From Trypanosoma brucei (lineage: Eukaryota), in contig CH464491.1 of assembly GCA_000002445.1 (NCBI GenBank), positions 1,184,001 through 1,248,000 on the forward strand: a stretch of 64,000 nucleotides of DNA, read 5' to 3'. The first letter of the stretch is position 1. The number at the start of each line of letters is the position of its first letter. The position numbers and the translations under genes were made by a program. The notes beneath the pieces are model-generated. The model saw only the letters and a program-made list of their open reading frames with translations, had not been told where the DNA came from and ran no database searches. Positions 38,924-50,406 of the stretch are shown piece by piece.

Positions 38924-41900
38924 TTACTCCATATCATGGCAAAACCCCTTGCAGTACCGCTCGGCAATGGGGCCACCACGCCAAAGCGGAATAAACACCT
39001 GGCCCACCTCCTCATTAACAACTGCTTCCTCTATTATCCGAGCAAAGCGACTCTGCACCTTTTGGCAGTAACGTAAGAGCGCAGCCGTCTTCGCTCGCAC
39101 AGCCTCAACATCTTCCGCAACTTCATCCAGGACTGCCATGAGCCCGAAATCCGCCGCTTTCATTGTGTTACCACTGTCTTGAGAAATGAACAGCGGCGGC
39201 ACAACGTCGCCCTTCCCCGCGCGTTGAATGTATAGACCTAAAAGTATAAGCCACTGCATGCAGCGCTCCACACCCGTCGGGACGACACCATCAGTGGATT
39301 GAGATTGCTCTTCTGAGCGGGATAAACCCCCTTGTTCATCTGATCCATCGGTCGCTGATGCAGACAACTGGGCCGAACCGTTCTCCCGCTGTGATAAAAG
39401 CACGACAGAGCGCAACTGAGTAAGCTCGTTGTGTAAATCTTGCAAGAACGAGCGCCAGTCATCAACTTGTTGTTCCATGGCTTTGAAGTTATCCTTGTGA
39501 AAGGACCGGGGTTGCTCATCGCCGTGGAAAACTAAACCACTCAAGCACTCAAGGCACTCGAAGAGCAGGTGCATCGTTAACCGGCTCCAATACAGCAACC
39601 CACGGAGCCTCCCCGAATGAACATGAAGTTTTTCACTTGGGATAAGGAAGAAACCACCCACCGTTTCTTTTGGCACGCTCGGTGGCAGAGTCCATTGCGC
39701 ATCTCGAAACGACTCCCTCATGCGGGATGCCACTGACTCCAGCTCCAAACTCACGCTGACCATCCACGCAGTGCTACATCTTGGTGCCCCTTCAGCCACA
39801 GAAAACTGCCCACCGACGCTCCCATTTCGTGATCCCCCACAATTTGTAGACTCAGATGCTATCCATGTCCTGTCGCCTCTCAAAACATGAGCGGCAGCAT
39901 TTCCACTCTCGCTTATGCTCTTTTCGCCATCACTTTGGCAGTCATTGAAGTCAGAAAACAACGCCTCCGCAACCACCATGATGGACTCCCTCCGACACAC
40001 ATCAACCATTACCTGAGACCTGCGAAGATGCCACAGAACGGCGTACTGCATGAAGTCTTGAAAAAGATCCGGTTTCTGACCCCCCTCATATGGCAAGTAT
40101 ATGACTTTCTGCGTCTCTCCAAGACAGCACCAAAACTTTCCGACGTCCTTAACAAATGTTTCCACGAAGGCGACCTCGTCGCCAATCATTGTCATAATAC
40201 GCTGCGGCCGCATGGCCACGACGGAGACCTGACTGGGCCGAGGTGAGTGTGTGTGAGATGCGGCAAACATATTATCTACGCTGTTCCGAGTGCGATGGTT
40301 GCCACCACTAGCATATTGGGCCGGTCCTTGGCTTTCCCGCTCACTAGTTAATGCATTCACACTGCCATGACGCGATGCCTTCCTTGCAACGTCACAATAT
40401 AGGTGCTGCTGTGCTGATAGAAGGCGGGAATTGAGAGTGATCAGTCCTCCTATTGCCTCATTAATCTCCTTGGGGGAGCTTGAAACAGAGATCTGCTCCA
40501 CTTGTTGAAGCGCCTGATTGAGAAGTTGAACGTGACGGTCGCCGTAAATTGAATTGGACGCATCCCAGTTTGCCTCGGGTGGCTGCACCAACGTCGCATC
40601 TGCTTCTTCAAGCAACCTCTGTGCTTGCGTGCGAAGCGCCTGCTCTATGCGCGCAATACCATTAATAAACGCAGTATTCCGCTCGACAATACGTGCATTG
40701 TGCCGTTGTAGACTCTCCAATTGTCGTCTATGAGATTCCCTTTCCCCTTGCCCAGAACGTGTCAGTTGTGCCACCCAACGCAACAGTGACTCGGGTGGTA
40801 ACTCACAACCACTCATGCTTACAGGATCTTCCACCCTCGAGTAACTGTTGCTGAAACCCCTAACAGAATCGCGAAGCTTATCAACATCAAGGCGCGGTGA
40901 TGGGCTTGCACGGCCACTAACGGCATTAGTGGCGCTACGGCTGACACCAGGACGACGAGGATACGAAGAACTCTCCCCCCTCTCCGCAGCAACTCCCACA
41001 CTGCTTAACCTCAGCCGTTCCACAGCGGCGGCGATTACGCGACCCTCATGACTTTGGTACTCCTGCTCGATGGCATTTAATGCGGCACCATCGATCGCAG
41101 GGCCAAGTTGGTCACCGATGGCTAGCCGCGACACCAAACTATGGAGTTTAGACATGTCATCGAGAAGAAGACGCGATGATCGGGAAGTGGCGGAAAGAGT
41201 CTTGAAGTCCTCGAGTTGCTTCGCGAAGTTCGTGAGCATTGCCATCATCTCTGGTGACGTGCCAGCCTGCACAGGAATATTCCTGTCACCATATTTGTTA
41301 GTTGCGTTGTGCTCATTGTAACCTCTGCCTGCGTTAGACACGTGCGGATTATTGTTATTAAAACTGCCGTAGTAGAAACCAGATGACTCTACGCGTGTCG
41401 GCACAACAGCAGATGGACGCTGTGGGCAGACATTGCTCACAGTACTTTCCTCACGCACTAACGCGCCTCGTTTCTCTGTGGCAAAAACAACAGGGTGGTG
41501 AACAGATGAAGCCCCTTGGGGTCCGGCTCCCGTAGCAGCACTCGGAGAAGTTGCCGCCGGGGGGGGGAGCGTAGAAGCTGGAATTTGATGTGCAACCATT
41601 TGTGTGCGGCGAGTGTTCGGTGCATCTACGGTGACTTTTCGCTGTTGCGGAACAGAGGTTAATTGTCCACCTCTGCATAGTGTTTTTGTGTCCTCGTAGT
41701 TGAACACGGAAAGGTATCTGTCTGACCGTCCTTCCTTCTCCGCAATGACTATAAACGGGACGGCAGTTAGCAATTGTGCTCCAACAGAAGTGACGCTCCC
41801 ATCCAGTCCCATACCGCGGAAGAGCACCGATGGAGCTAGAGGATCACTTAAGTCTATAAGAGCGATGGACTCCTTGTTGCATTGCAATAGTCCTCCATAT

Positions 41901-43222
41901 CCCGTCACAAGTGCCTTGTTGTCTAAGAAGGACATGCTGCTCAAGCTCACCCCAACAGCACCTGTGACGGCACAGGTGCCTGGATCCACAATAACGAGTG
42001 TACGGTGCATTGCAACATATATGAGATCACTAGGTTCATAAAACTGAATGAAACGCATCTCCCCCTTCATATTAACCATATTTTCCGCCTTGTCATTTGA
42101 TTGGGTGTGCACCCGCACATTGTTACCGTTGGAATCAAAAACCCGAATATAATTGTCATTACTAATCGCCCATATCTGTTTGCGGGTGCTAACGTACACA
42201 ACACTAGAAATGATGGTGGCAATGTTCCGACTCTTGCTGCAACGTCGCGCCTGCGGATCCCACACCTTCAGCGCTTTATCTTTACCTGCCGTTAACACCT
42301 TCCCATAACTAAGAAACCAAACTCCGGTAATCGTCTGTGCGTGTGCATTGCGCAACACACCAGCAACGCTATAGTCTGAAAGATCGACGATAACTATACT
42401 ACCACGACTGACACCACACCACAGGACATACGACTCCTCACCCTCCACACCGTGATCAGGTTGGGGTTTAACGGCGGCAGAAACAACCGAGTGACTACGG
42501 TTGGAGCGGTGCTTTGGTGAAGACGTCTTAAATGTCACCAACTTCGCCGCTGGAACACGTACAACCGCCATCGCATGCACATGGGTTACGTCTAATTCGC
42601 GGTTAACCTCCAGCTGCACTCCCTTAAAGTCTAGTAGGGTGACAGGGTCATCGTCAACCGCGGCAAAAAATGACGCATTATCAGGTGCGACAACCAGCGC
42701 CCGCACTGCCTGAGTGAGAGACATGCGCGAAACGGGGCGCATAAGCTTAAGGTGATCCGGCACTTGCTGTTGGGCAACTTTCCTAATCACACTCTTGCCA
42801 TTGCTGGTTTCAGTTGCTGTCTCGGGTGACTGGGAACCGATGTGAGTGGAACTTCCATGGTCCACGAAGGTGTCATCATCATCTGCCGACACGGTCGCGT
42901 AGTGTGTTGTCGGCACTACAACAGTTGAAACCGCCGGGCACTCCGTTGATTTCACGCTATTCAAACTAGGCCTTGTGACACTGGCGGTGTCGCTGCGGTT
43001 GTTAGTTAGTTCGCCATCGCTATTCGAAAAATTCTCGGTCAAACTATCCTCCAGGTCGCGGGTCCGGTCGCCCTCCGGCACAGCCGCCACAGTGTATAGT
43101 TGAACACGCGACTCGGCCTGCACTGCAGCTGGGGGAAGACGTGCAAATTGTTCACCAACGCCCCAACCGCCACCTGTTTCGACAGAGCCGAGCGAAAGCT
43201 CAGGAATGAAGGGTGCTGCCAT
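38924..43222 (-). CDS. large WD40-repeat-containing protein, 1432 aa
   Basis: WD-like blades, for example GVWFLSYGKVLTAGKDKALKVWDPQARRC and IWAISNDNYIRVFDSNG. Long non-repetitive flanking regions. No stops over 4.3 kb. Confidence 0.75.
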   Translation of the reverse strand: MAAPFIPELSLGSVETGGGWGVGEQFARLPPAAVQAESRVQLYTVAAVPEGDRTRDLEDSLTENFSNSDGELTNNRSDTASVTRPSLNSVKSTECPAVSTVVVPTTHYATVSADDDDTFVDHGSSTHIGSQSPETATETSNGKSVIRKVAQQQVPDHLKLMRPVSRMSLTQAVRALVVAPDNASFFAAVDDDPVTLLDFKGVQLEVNRELDVTHVHAMAVVRVPAAKLVTFKTSSPKHRSNRSHSVVSAAVKPQPDHGVEGEESYVLWCGVSRGSIVIVDLSDYSVAGVLRNAHAQTITGVWFLSYGKVLTAGKDKALKVWDPQARRCSKSRNIATIISSVVYVSTRKQIWAISNDNYIRVFDSNGNNVRVHTQSNDKAENMVNMKGEMRFIQFYEPSDLIYVAMHRTLVIVDPGTCAVTGAVGVSLSSMSFLDNKALVTGYGGLLQCNKESIALIDLSDPLAPSVLFRGMGLDGSVTSVGAQLLTAVPFIVIAEKEGRSDRYLSVFNYEDTKTLCRGGQLTSVPQQRKVTVDAPNTRRTQMVAHQIPASTLPPPAATSPSAATGAGPQGASSVHHPVVFATEKRGALVREESTVSNVCPQRPSAVVPTRVESSGFYYGSFNNNNPHVSNAGRGYNEHNATNKYGDRNIPVQAGTSPEMMAMLTNFAKQLEDFKTLSATSRSSRLLLDDMSKLHSLVSRLAIGDQLGPAIDGAALNAIEQEYQSHEGRVIAAAVERLRLSSVGVAAERGESSSYPRRPGVSRSATNAVSGRASPSPRLDVDKLRDSVRGFSNSYSRVEDPVSMSGCELPPESLLRWVAQLTRSGQGERESHRRQLESLQRHNARIVERNTAFINGIARIEQALRTQAQRLLEEADATLVQPPEANWDASNSIYGDRHVQLLNQALQQVEQISVSSSPKEINEAIGGLITLNSRLLSAQQHLYCDVARKASRHGSVNALTSERESQGPAQYASGGNHRTRNSVDNMFAASHTHSPRPSQVSVVAMRPQRIMTMIGDEVAFVETFVKDVGKFWCCLGETQKVIYLPYEGGQKPDLFQDFMQYAVLWHLRRSQVMVDVCRRESIMVVAEALFSDFNDCQSDGEKSISESGNAAAHVLRGDRTWIASESTNCGGSRNGSVGGQFSVAEGAPRCSTAWMVSVSLELESVASRMRESFRDAQWTLPPSVPKETVGGFFLIPSEKLHVHSGRLRGLLYWSRLTMHLLFECLECLSGLVFHGDEQPRSFHKDNFKAMEQQVDDWRSFLQDLHNELTQLRSVVLLSQRENGSAQLSASATDGSDEQGGLSRSEEQSQSTDGVVPTGVERCMQWLILLGLYIQRAGKGDVVPPLFISQDSGNTMKAADFGLMAVLDEVAEDVEAVRAKTAALLRYCQKVQSRFARIIEEAVVNEEVGQVFIPLWRGGPIAERYCKGFCHDME

Positions 43223-43701
43223 AACTGCGTTAAAACGCTTACCTCAACCACAATAAAATCCCTACGTCGCACCACGCGCAATCCGCTAGAAATAAATCAA
43301 TCAGTCAATATGTATACAGATACGTATATATTTATGTATACTCTTATTAGCTTCTCTGAAGAGAGAGAGAGCAATTTTGCTACACCCCAGTACCCTCACT
43401 TTCAAGAGTACAAATCACGAAACAGTCCTCAATGGAAGGCAAAAGTTCACAATATCTGGGATCTCCTCTGCCAATTCCGTGGTTGCGTGGACCCTCCGCT
43501 TTGGAGGAAGCGACCGCGTGAGGCGTCGAAGGGAGGAACCGCGCGCACGGCTTTGATCAATTTTCCCTCCGTTGTGTGACGCCTCTCCTATTGAATTGTA
43601 ACTTTGTAGTCTGTAATGCAATTCCACGCCGTTAATTTCCTTTCTCCTGCCCCCCTTTCCCTCTATACTTGTTTTCTACCAGTTATCTAAGTGAGACCAA
43701 C

Positions 43702-43815
43702 AGTTACCAAAAAAAAAATAAACAATAAAAATAAACAGTAATGGCCATGATATCGGGAAAAAAAAACAAATAGGACACAACATGAAAGAATTGAGATAAC
43801 AAAAAAAAATATCTC
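43702..43815 (-). promoter_or_regulatory. Polypyrimidine tract (coding strand) upstream of the WD40 gene
   Basis: The + strand reads ccaaaaaaaaaataaacaataaaaataaacagtaatggccatgatatcgggaaaaaaaaacaaataggacacaacatgaaagaattgagataacaaaaaaaaatatctc. Confidence 0.4.
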
Positions 43816-44834
43816 GGCTTTACAATTTCCCTCCGCCTCCCCCTCTCGATGAAACACACTGTACACGCCTCGTAATGGCCATCGTTGGGACCATTACAAT
43901 TAATGTTGGTATTTCTACAGCTACTGTTATTCTCGCTTTTCCACATACACACACACACACACACACCAAATGAAAATTATCCTCCTCACGATATTACCCA
44001 CTGGACCTTTCCTTTTGATGCTACGGTTACCGCCGGTTTGTTTCCTCCTATGCCGAACTACCCAACTCCTTTGACAAAAAAAATAAAAAGAAAGATTTGT
44101 CTTCAGCACGATCACCCCTCCTCAGCGGGCCTCTCCTGGTGGCGGCTGCTTAGACAAATTCGGAGGCAATAAAGTAACATACCTTGAGATGAAGAAAGGG
44201 GGGAGCGTATATGGTGCTTTAGGGGAAGGGGAGAAAATGAACAGGAGAATAGAGAGTCGTTGACAGAGAGAAAAAGTGAGTAACGCTCAAAAAACGAAAG
44301 AATGTGAGAGTGGAAACAAAGGCAAGGGTTTCCACAGAGGCCGGAAACCACAAGGACTTTACTGAAGTAATGCATCGTAGACCCTTGTCACTCCTGATAG
44401 CTTTTGGTTTTTTGTTGTTGTAGTTTTCTTTTTCGTTTATATCACTGAATAAAATAATAAAGTAAACCATTTTAAGAGAGAAATGGTCTCCCTCCCACAG
44501 ATCGACGTCCTCAAAGAGAAAGGTCGGCAGACAAGTAAGAAGAGCAAAATCACAGAGGAATCGAGGGTTCAACAAGGAAAAAGGGAGTATCAATTTCATT
44601 GTTTAAACAACGAAAAATATCAATAAGCTCAGAAGAGGGGCACGTCCAAATGGAACGAGCTGTAATGGAGGACATAGGAAAACGTTTTCTCCAACATGCT
44701 CCACCACCTCAACAATACAAACACAAACATGAAGCTCCCGCCCCCGTACTCCCGAGGTACTCTCTCCTTCACTCATGTGCCACAAACTCCTACAAACTCC
44801 AGTGCTGATGTGGCTGCCGCGACAGTTCACTACA

Positions 44835-45269
44835 TTACTGCAGTTGCGACAGAAGGTAGTCAAGAGCCTTTGTGCGCTCGCCAAAATCCCTTACAGCAAG
44901 GCAGGAACACTTCAACGTCTTCCGTACCGAACCGTCGGCGGCCATTCTGGTGAGTCCTGCCCATTGAGCGAGTTTCTCGCGCTCGTCCATGCTTACGAGG
45001 TCAATGTTGTTTTGTTTGGCGAGAGCAGTAACAAGCTTTTTGTATTCCTCATCCTCGCAATCATCAGCAAGTACACAAAGGTGAGCCGTGCGGCGGTCCA
45101 AGGCCCGTGTCACCTCTGAAAGGCCGCAAATGAGGCCATTCGTCTCACGAGCTTTCATCAACACAATCCGGAGAGCGTCTTCGAGGCTGTCCGGCATTGC
45201 ATCTGCGACGGCATCAATCACCGCTGGCTCTGGAACCTTATCTGCAACCAACGATGTCTCCTCTGCCAT
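44835..45269 (-). CDS. RPS12: 40S ribosomal protein S12 (eS12), 144 aa
   Basis: GLICGLSEVTRALDRRTAHLCVLADDCEDEEYKKLVTALAKQNNIDLVSMDEREKLAQWAGLTRMAADGSVRKTLKCSCLAVRDFGE matches the eS12 consensus (LCVLA.DC, KLGEW.GL, RKVV.CSCV.V.DFGE). Confidence 0.9.
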   Translation of the reverse strand: MAEETSLVADKVPEPAVIDAVADAMPDSLEDALRIVLMKARETNGLICGLSEVTRALDRRTAHLCVLADDCEDEEYKKLVTALAKQNNIDLVSMDEREKLAQWAGLTRMAADGSVRKTLKCSCLAVRDFGERTKALDYLLSQLQ

Positions 45270-45689
45270 TATTTCTTAGATGTTTACCGTTGTGGGAAAG
45301 GACGCTAGTCCCACACACGCACATACGAAGATGTAATGGAAGCAAAAAAAAAAAAGTTAAAAAAGAGGAAGAAACGAAAGACGAGTGGTAAGGGCAACCT
45401 GAAACGAAGGCATGGAGCTTAGAACAACAGGACTGATCGTCGCCGGGCTCACCACAAGTAAATGCGGCAGCTCCCAGACCGTCTGTGGGGCTGGCCGGGA
45501 AAAAAAAAAATGCGTTTCCCCCTCTGCTCATTCTTCACTAGTAACGGTTGGAGAAATAGTGCTTGAAATAACAAAACATCAAAAGAATATGCGACACCGT
45601 GCGTGTACAAATGACAACGAACTCCCTCCAGGGGCTCCACACTTCCAACCACGTGTTGCTGCCACAGCATTTGATTCCAGCGGTCAGAA

Positions 45690-46271
45690 CTACTTGTGAC
45701 GGAAGGCGTGACGCCGTTTGCTCGAGCGCTGCCTTTCCTTTCCACGTGACGACACATGCGGTTTCGCGTGGCTTCCAGGAACACCTGCAGCACCAAAGTG
45801 TTTCACTGATTCGCGTCCAGACTTACGGCCACGGAGCAACATCGTGTTTTTCCCCGTCGGTGCCATCATCGCAAGCTGATCGAAGGTTAAGCACTCGCCA
45901 CCAGCACCAGTAATGCGCTCGCGGGCGCTCTTCGAGAAGCGGAGGGCGCAGATACGGAGGGCTGGAATGCGGGTCATGCGAACATCATCGAGCACGTCAC
46001 CAACAATGACGGCAATTGGTGACTTCTTCCCCTTCTTAAGCCACACGGTGCGGCGCCTCATGCAGACAGCAATGCGGCTGAGTGAAATGGGCGCACGGTT
46101 GTTACGGCTCTTCAGCAGACGCTTGTGGATAAGTTTATTGAATGGGGAATTGGTACGCTTCCCAAGGAACTTGTACAGCTTGATGAGGAGCTTTATGTAC
46201 GGGTTCGTCGAGTAGGTGTGGTGGCGCACCACCCGCTTCTTCTTCTGCACTCCGGTGAGGTCTACGCCCAT
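45690..46271 (-). CDS. RPL18: 60S ribosomal protein L18 (eL18), 193 aa
   Basis: MGVDLTGVQKKKRVVRHHTYSTNPYIKLLIKLYKFLGKRTNSPFNKLIHKRLLKSRNNRAPISLSRI is a typical eL18 N-terminus (MGIDL...KK.R....S.N.YL.LLVKLYRFL.RRT...FN..I.KRL..S..NRPP.SLSR). Confidence 0.9.
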   Translation of the reverse strand: MGVDLTGVQKKKRVVRHHTYSTNPYIKLLIKLYKFLGKRTNSPFNKLIHKRLLKSRNNRAPISLSRIAVCMRRRTVWLKKGKKSPIAVIVGDVLDDVRMTRIPALRICALRFSKSARERITGAGGECLTFDQLAMMAPTGKNTMLLRGRKSGRESVKHFGAAGVPGSHAKPHVSSRGKERQRSSKRRHAFRHK

Positions 46272-47045
46272 TGTCTGGTCTGCTTACCCAAAGTGACAAT
46301 TAGGGTGGGGAAGTTCCGAACACGCACACAGGCACTACCATCATTGTACACGTTGTTTAATAAAACAACAGTTTAAGACGAGGAGGTAAAAGAGAATGTT
46401 GGATAATCAGCAAGAGTGTAATGCAAATAACCAGAAAGTAGAAAAAAATCAAGCACAGAAACGTGCACACGCATGTAGAGGTAGCGGGGCAGGTAACATC
46501 TCCCCGCCCTTCACTTACAGCTTCCCTGTCGCTTGCAGAACCTTCAAATCCAACAACCACACCATCCCACATCTCCATATCATCTGCCGTGGCCGTTGTC
46601 CAACCCCGTCTCTCACCGTGAACAACAAAGTGTGAATGTGTGAAAAGAGAAAAAGTTAACGCTGTTACGTAGCCAGTATCCCACAATATCAATAAACCAG
46701 TCATCCTCACTTTCTTTACCCCTCCCCATCAACCGGGGGAAATGTGCACATGTGTGATGATTTTGTCAATAAAATCCGGCCCCCCACACCCATCCCATGC
46801 TCCGAGCAGAACTCGCGTCCGTCAACTAAATATATGCTGTTACACATAACTGACCTTCCCAACTTCTCCCTCTTCGTGTTAGTGGGCAACCTCATTCATC
46901 TTCTAGGAGGAGCATACATAAGCGGTTTCCCCCGCTCCCACTATACCTCGGGCCTCCCCTTCATTCCTTCTTCACTTCCCTTATCCCCACGTAATTAGTT
47001 AGCACCGCATATGGCTTTCCGCTAAACTTCCTCCCTTCGAGGACG

Positions 47046-48473
47046 CTAAGCATCTGGTGGTGCATGCATGAAAGGCTTTTGGTTACCGGCCATAGAGGCA
47101 AATGGCTGACCCAACGCACTGTATGCCCACGCCCACAGTGACGCACGACGCCAGCGATTCCTCTCTTCCATAGACGTAGCAGACGGTGCTTCATTACCTT
47201 CCCCTGTGGGTGACGGATCTGAGGCTACTGGTGAAGGACCATGCGTTCCCGCAAGGCGTGCAATGGTGAATACAAAATTATCCAATGCCGGATCGTCGGT
47301 GCTCCCGCTTGCAGCCACCCATGTGCCAGACTGCAGCTCCCCCTCCAACTGTTGAACTCCCCAACCACTAAAACCACAGATCACAACAATATCTTTTGGG
47401 TCTGCGGTGCCATCCTCAATTTTTTGTTGAAGAGTGTCATAACTCCCATCGATCCATAAAGAGTGGGATAACGGAATGGCATCGTCAACATCAGGAATTC
47501 GGTGAAGTAACAACATAGTAGAGTCGAAGGAGCCACGACTCACAGGCCCACCAATCATCACAGTATGATTGCATAGATGTTTGGCGAAAAGCGGATGGGC
47601 GCTGCTCAGCCTCATGGTCATACTGACAGGCATCAAAGCACCCTTATCGTTCTCCAGTGGCTTATTCAACACCAACGCAGCCGATTCATTCGGTGTGACA
47701 CGCACGACGATCATGACGGTATAACGAAAAAAGTCGTAGAGCTGTGGGTGTGCCAACAGCAACTGCGCTTTCTTTGGAGTGTCAAAGGTAGCCTTCTTGT
47801 TGCTGCTCCTATCGTCACTTTCCTCCTCGCTTATCACACCTTCCTCACTGGAAGTATCCTTCGTTTCTGCCTTTCCCTCTGTATGTACGTCCTCCTCTGA
47901 AGTCCGGCTCACGCCCATATCTTCGTAAGGGACACCCTCCAAAACCTCGGACAGTCCTCTAGTAAGCGACAGGTGATGCATTCCCTCAACGGCACTAACC
48001 ACAGTGAGCTTCGGCGTGGGAACGGACCTCACTTCCTCTGGGGGTGGTGCAACAGAATTGGAGTATTTCACAGCCGTATCAGTCACGTTGGCCAACTCCC
48101 TCAACGCAGCAAAGGCATTGCCAATCTGCGTTGAGGTGAACGGTGTGCTCTCAAAGCTTTGTCGCAGAATGTCCACCATCGATGGTGACTTTGCTTCCAT
48201 TCCAGTGTTGTTCGCATCACCACCACCGTTATTGGCGAGAGGAATGAAGAACTCCCTCCCACCATTCAACCGCCGTACGAGTGCATCGACAAACACACGA
48301 GTTTCATGCCACCCAGAGAGTTTCGCTACATCCATAGGCACCCACTTTCCACAGCGGTGATCATATACACGACGTGGAGAACATGTGAGTGCAGTGCGCA
48401 TCGCTACATCCTTTTCCACCTGCGACGCCTTTTTGTACAACTGCTTGTATACAGTGCGAACAATTTTCTCCAT
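47046..48473 (-). CDS. protein with a C-terminal DUF179 (YqgE/AlgH, UPF0301) domain, 475 aa
   Basis: LVLNKPLENDKGALMPVSMTMRLSSAHPLFAKHLCNHTVMIGGPVSRGSFDSTMLLLHRIPDVDDAIPLSHSLWIDGSYDTLQQKIEDGTADPKDIVVICGFSGWGVQQLEGELQSGTWVAASGS follows the bacterial AlgH/YqgE pattern (LVLN.P...GGPV....F.LH....GYAGW..GQLE.E...G.W). An acidic serine-rich region and an N-terminal domain of unknown type precede it. Confidence 0.65.
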   Translation of the reverse strand: MEKIVRTVYKQLYKKASQVEKDVAMRTALTCSPRRVYDHRCGKWVPMDVAKLSGWHETRVFVDALVRRLNGGREFFIPLANNGGGDANNTGMEAKSPSMVDILRQSFESTPFTSTQIGNAFAALRELANVTDTAVKYSNSVAPPPEEVRSVPTPKLTVVSAVEGMHHLSLTRGLSEVLEGVPYEDMGVSRTSEEDVHTEGKAETKDTSSEEGVISEEESDDRSSNKKATFDTPKKAQLLLAHPQLYDFFRYTVMIVVRVTPNESAALVLNKPLENDKGALMPVSMTMRLSSAHPLFAKHLCNHTVMIGGPVSRGSFDSTMLLLHRIPDVDDAIPLSHSLWIDGSYDTLQQKIEDGTADPKDIVVICGFSGWGVQQLEGELQSGTWVAASGSTDDPALDNFVFTIARLAGTHGPSPVASDPSPTGEGNEAPSATSMEERNRWRRASLWAWAYSALGQPFASMAGNQKPFMHAPPDA

Positions 48474-49102
48474 CCTTTTGCTTGGTCCTTTTCCTCACAC
48501 AACCTCGCCAGTCACCTACACTACTTGAGCAGAGGGAACCTGGCAGTTCTGCACGGTGGGGACATAAACGCCAAGTGGAGCGAAAAGACCACAACAGATG
48601 AGAAGTACGCCGAAGAGAAAAGGTACGCGTGCCACAATAAGTAAAGAGAAGAGCAGAACCGCTGGAAACGCCAGCAGATCACATTTCATAAAAGGAAAAA
48701 ATATGTGATGATGAAAGGGACTACATAAAGTAGCAAAGGTGGAATAAACCGCAGAATCCCGCCCTCCCAATCCCCTTCTTTCGCTCTTGATACCGTAGCA
48801 AAGGCACCCCATCAACAAAAAGAAGCACCAACGGTACGGTGTCCATCCCCGGAGCCCAGAACAGAATGTATTTATTTTGACGCTGTTGATCAGGTCGCAA
48901 GAGGTAAAGGAAAAAAACAAGTAAAAACAAAGTAAAAGAGACCACGCAGGAAGTACACACTAAATTCTGGCGGGCGCACCTCATGCACATACACCTTCAT
49001 AACAACGGACAGCACGTAGACCCTGATTCAAAATGTTGAAAAGCCAATAAAAATCCTGCTGATTTGGGGAATATAACGATCCCTCGTATCTGCACGACGA
49101 AC

Positions 49103-49702
49103 CTAAACCATGCCCTCCGCAGGTTCCTCGGCTTCCTCATCGTTTACAACTACACGTTTAACGACTAAATTCATTGGATTGCCTTTACGCGATTCGCGTA
49201 TGCTCGCGGCATTATCAATGAACCGCTGCTCCTCCCACGCTGACTCCAAAGAGCTCCAAAGCCGCCATGTCACAACAGCCATCATCGGTCCCACCGGAAG
49301 GAACATGCGATTGTGGTAAATGGTGAGGTAGAATCCCATTGCAGTAGATATGGAGGAAACACCGGTTAGACCAAAAATACTCCACTGATACAAGTAAACG
49401 CTCCATGAGGCGCTTGTGTGCTCCTTTAGTAGCCGCGTGGACCCCTCTTTCGAAAGCGGGCCCCCCGCAGCAGCAGGAATCACATGTACATCAGTTCCCA
49501 AAGCGCTTGCTCTGGCGACACGTTGGCGATGATCCCGTTGACTGGTGAAATCCTCAAGAACGGACAACCGTGCCGCTCGCCGCACCTCCTCATACGTCAG
49601 CTTCGGTGCTGCAGGTCGTTTAATGGAAGGCGCAGGCGGAGCGCTGACGCTCATCTGGGAGGGTTGCTCCATGGCGTCACTGCGATAAACTTTTCGTATC
49701 AA
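49103..49702 (-). CDS. hypothetical protein, 199 aa, with one or two hydrophobic segments
   Basis: ORF in register with the cluster. Hydrophobic stretch WSVYLYQWSIFGLTGVSSISTAMGFYLTIY. No recognised family. Confidence 0.45.
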   Translation of the reverse strand: MIRKVYRSDAMEQPSQMSVSAPPAPSIKRPAAPKLTYEEVRRAARLSVLEDFTSQRDHRQRVARASALGTDVHVIPAAAGGPLSKEGSTRLLKEHTSASWSVYLYQWSIFGLTGVSSISTAMGFYLTIYHNRMFLPVGPMMAVVTWRLWSSLESAWEEQRFIDNAASIRESRKGNPMNLVVKRVVVNDEEAEEPAEGMV

Positions 49703-50406
49703 TAGTGGGTAGAGAGCGGGGTGGGTATTAGGTAGGTGATGGAAGGGAACGAGTGACGGTTAACCGAGTTAAAGGGCAACGCGGAAGCAAGCATAGACAG
49801 CCATGTGCTTCATTTTTAAAATATTACACAGAATACATTTCACTTCCACTGATCACAAAAAGAGCGTATGAATTCATACACGTCCGTAACAGCATGTTGT
49901 GCTTCCTCACCAATACCACTAAATCACTCGACAGATTTGTTTGCGGTTGAACCCTCCTCAATCAGTCACCCCCATACATGGATGCGCTTCTTTTTTCTCA
50001 TTCGCTTTGGAATGTGGGTTGCTACACGGAGCGCAGCGGCACCACGGCACCGCGACTCGATCGTGAATTTTCCGTAGGCAACACAGCACACTAGCGCAAA
50101 CCAAACGAAACATGAGTTATGGCTGAACCCCACGCGAGATTCACCTAACAACATACGCTACCGAGGTGCCACACAACCAAAACCCGGTACATACTTGTAC
50201 AAAGAAATAACCACCAGTTGAATGCAAAGGTCTTCGTTATCCACATTGTGGTACCGTACAGTGGTCCACACCATTTATTTTAGAAAAAAGCACAAAACCG
50301 CACCTAATAAACCCAAACTCCTCACTTGTACGGAACGGTGAGTCCTTCCCACTGGGACTAACGGCAGTGCTAACCGTAGCCGTAACGTCCCACTTTCGTG
50401 TAACAT

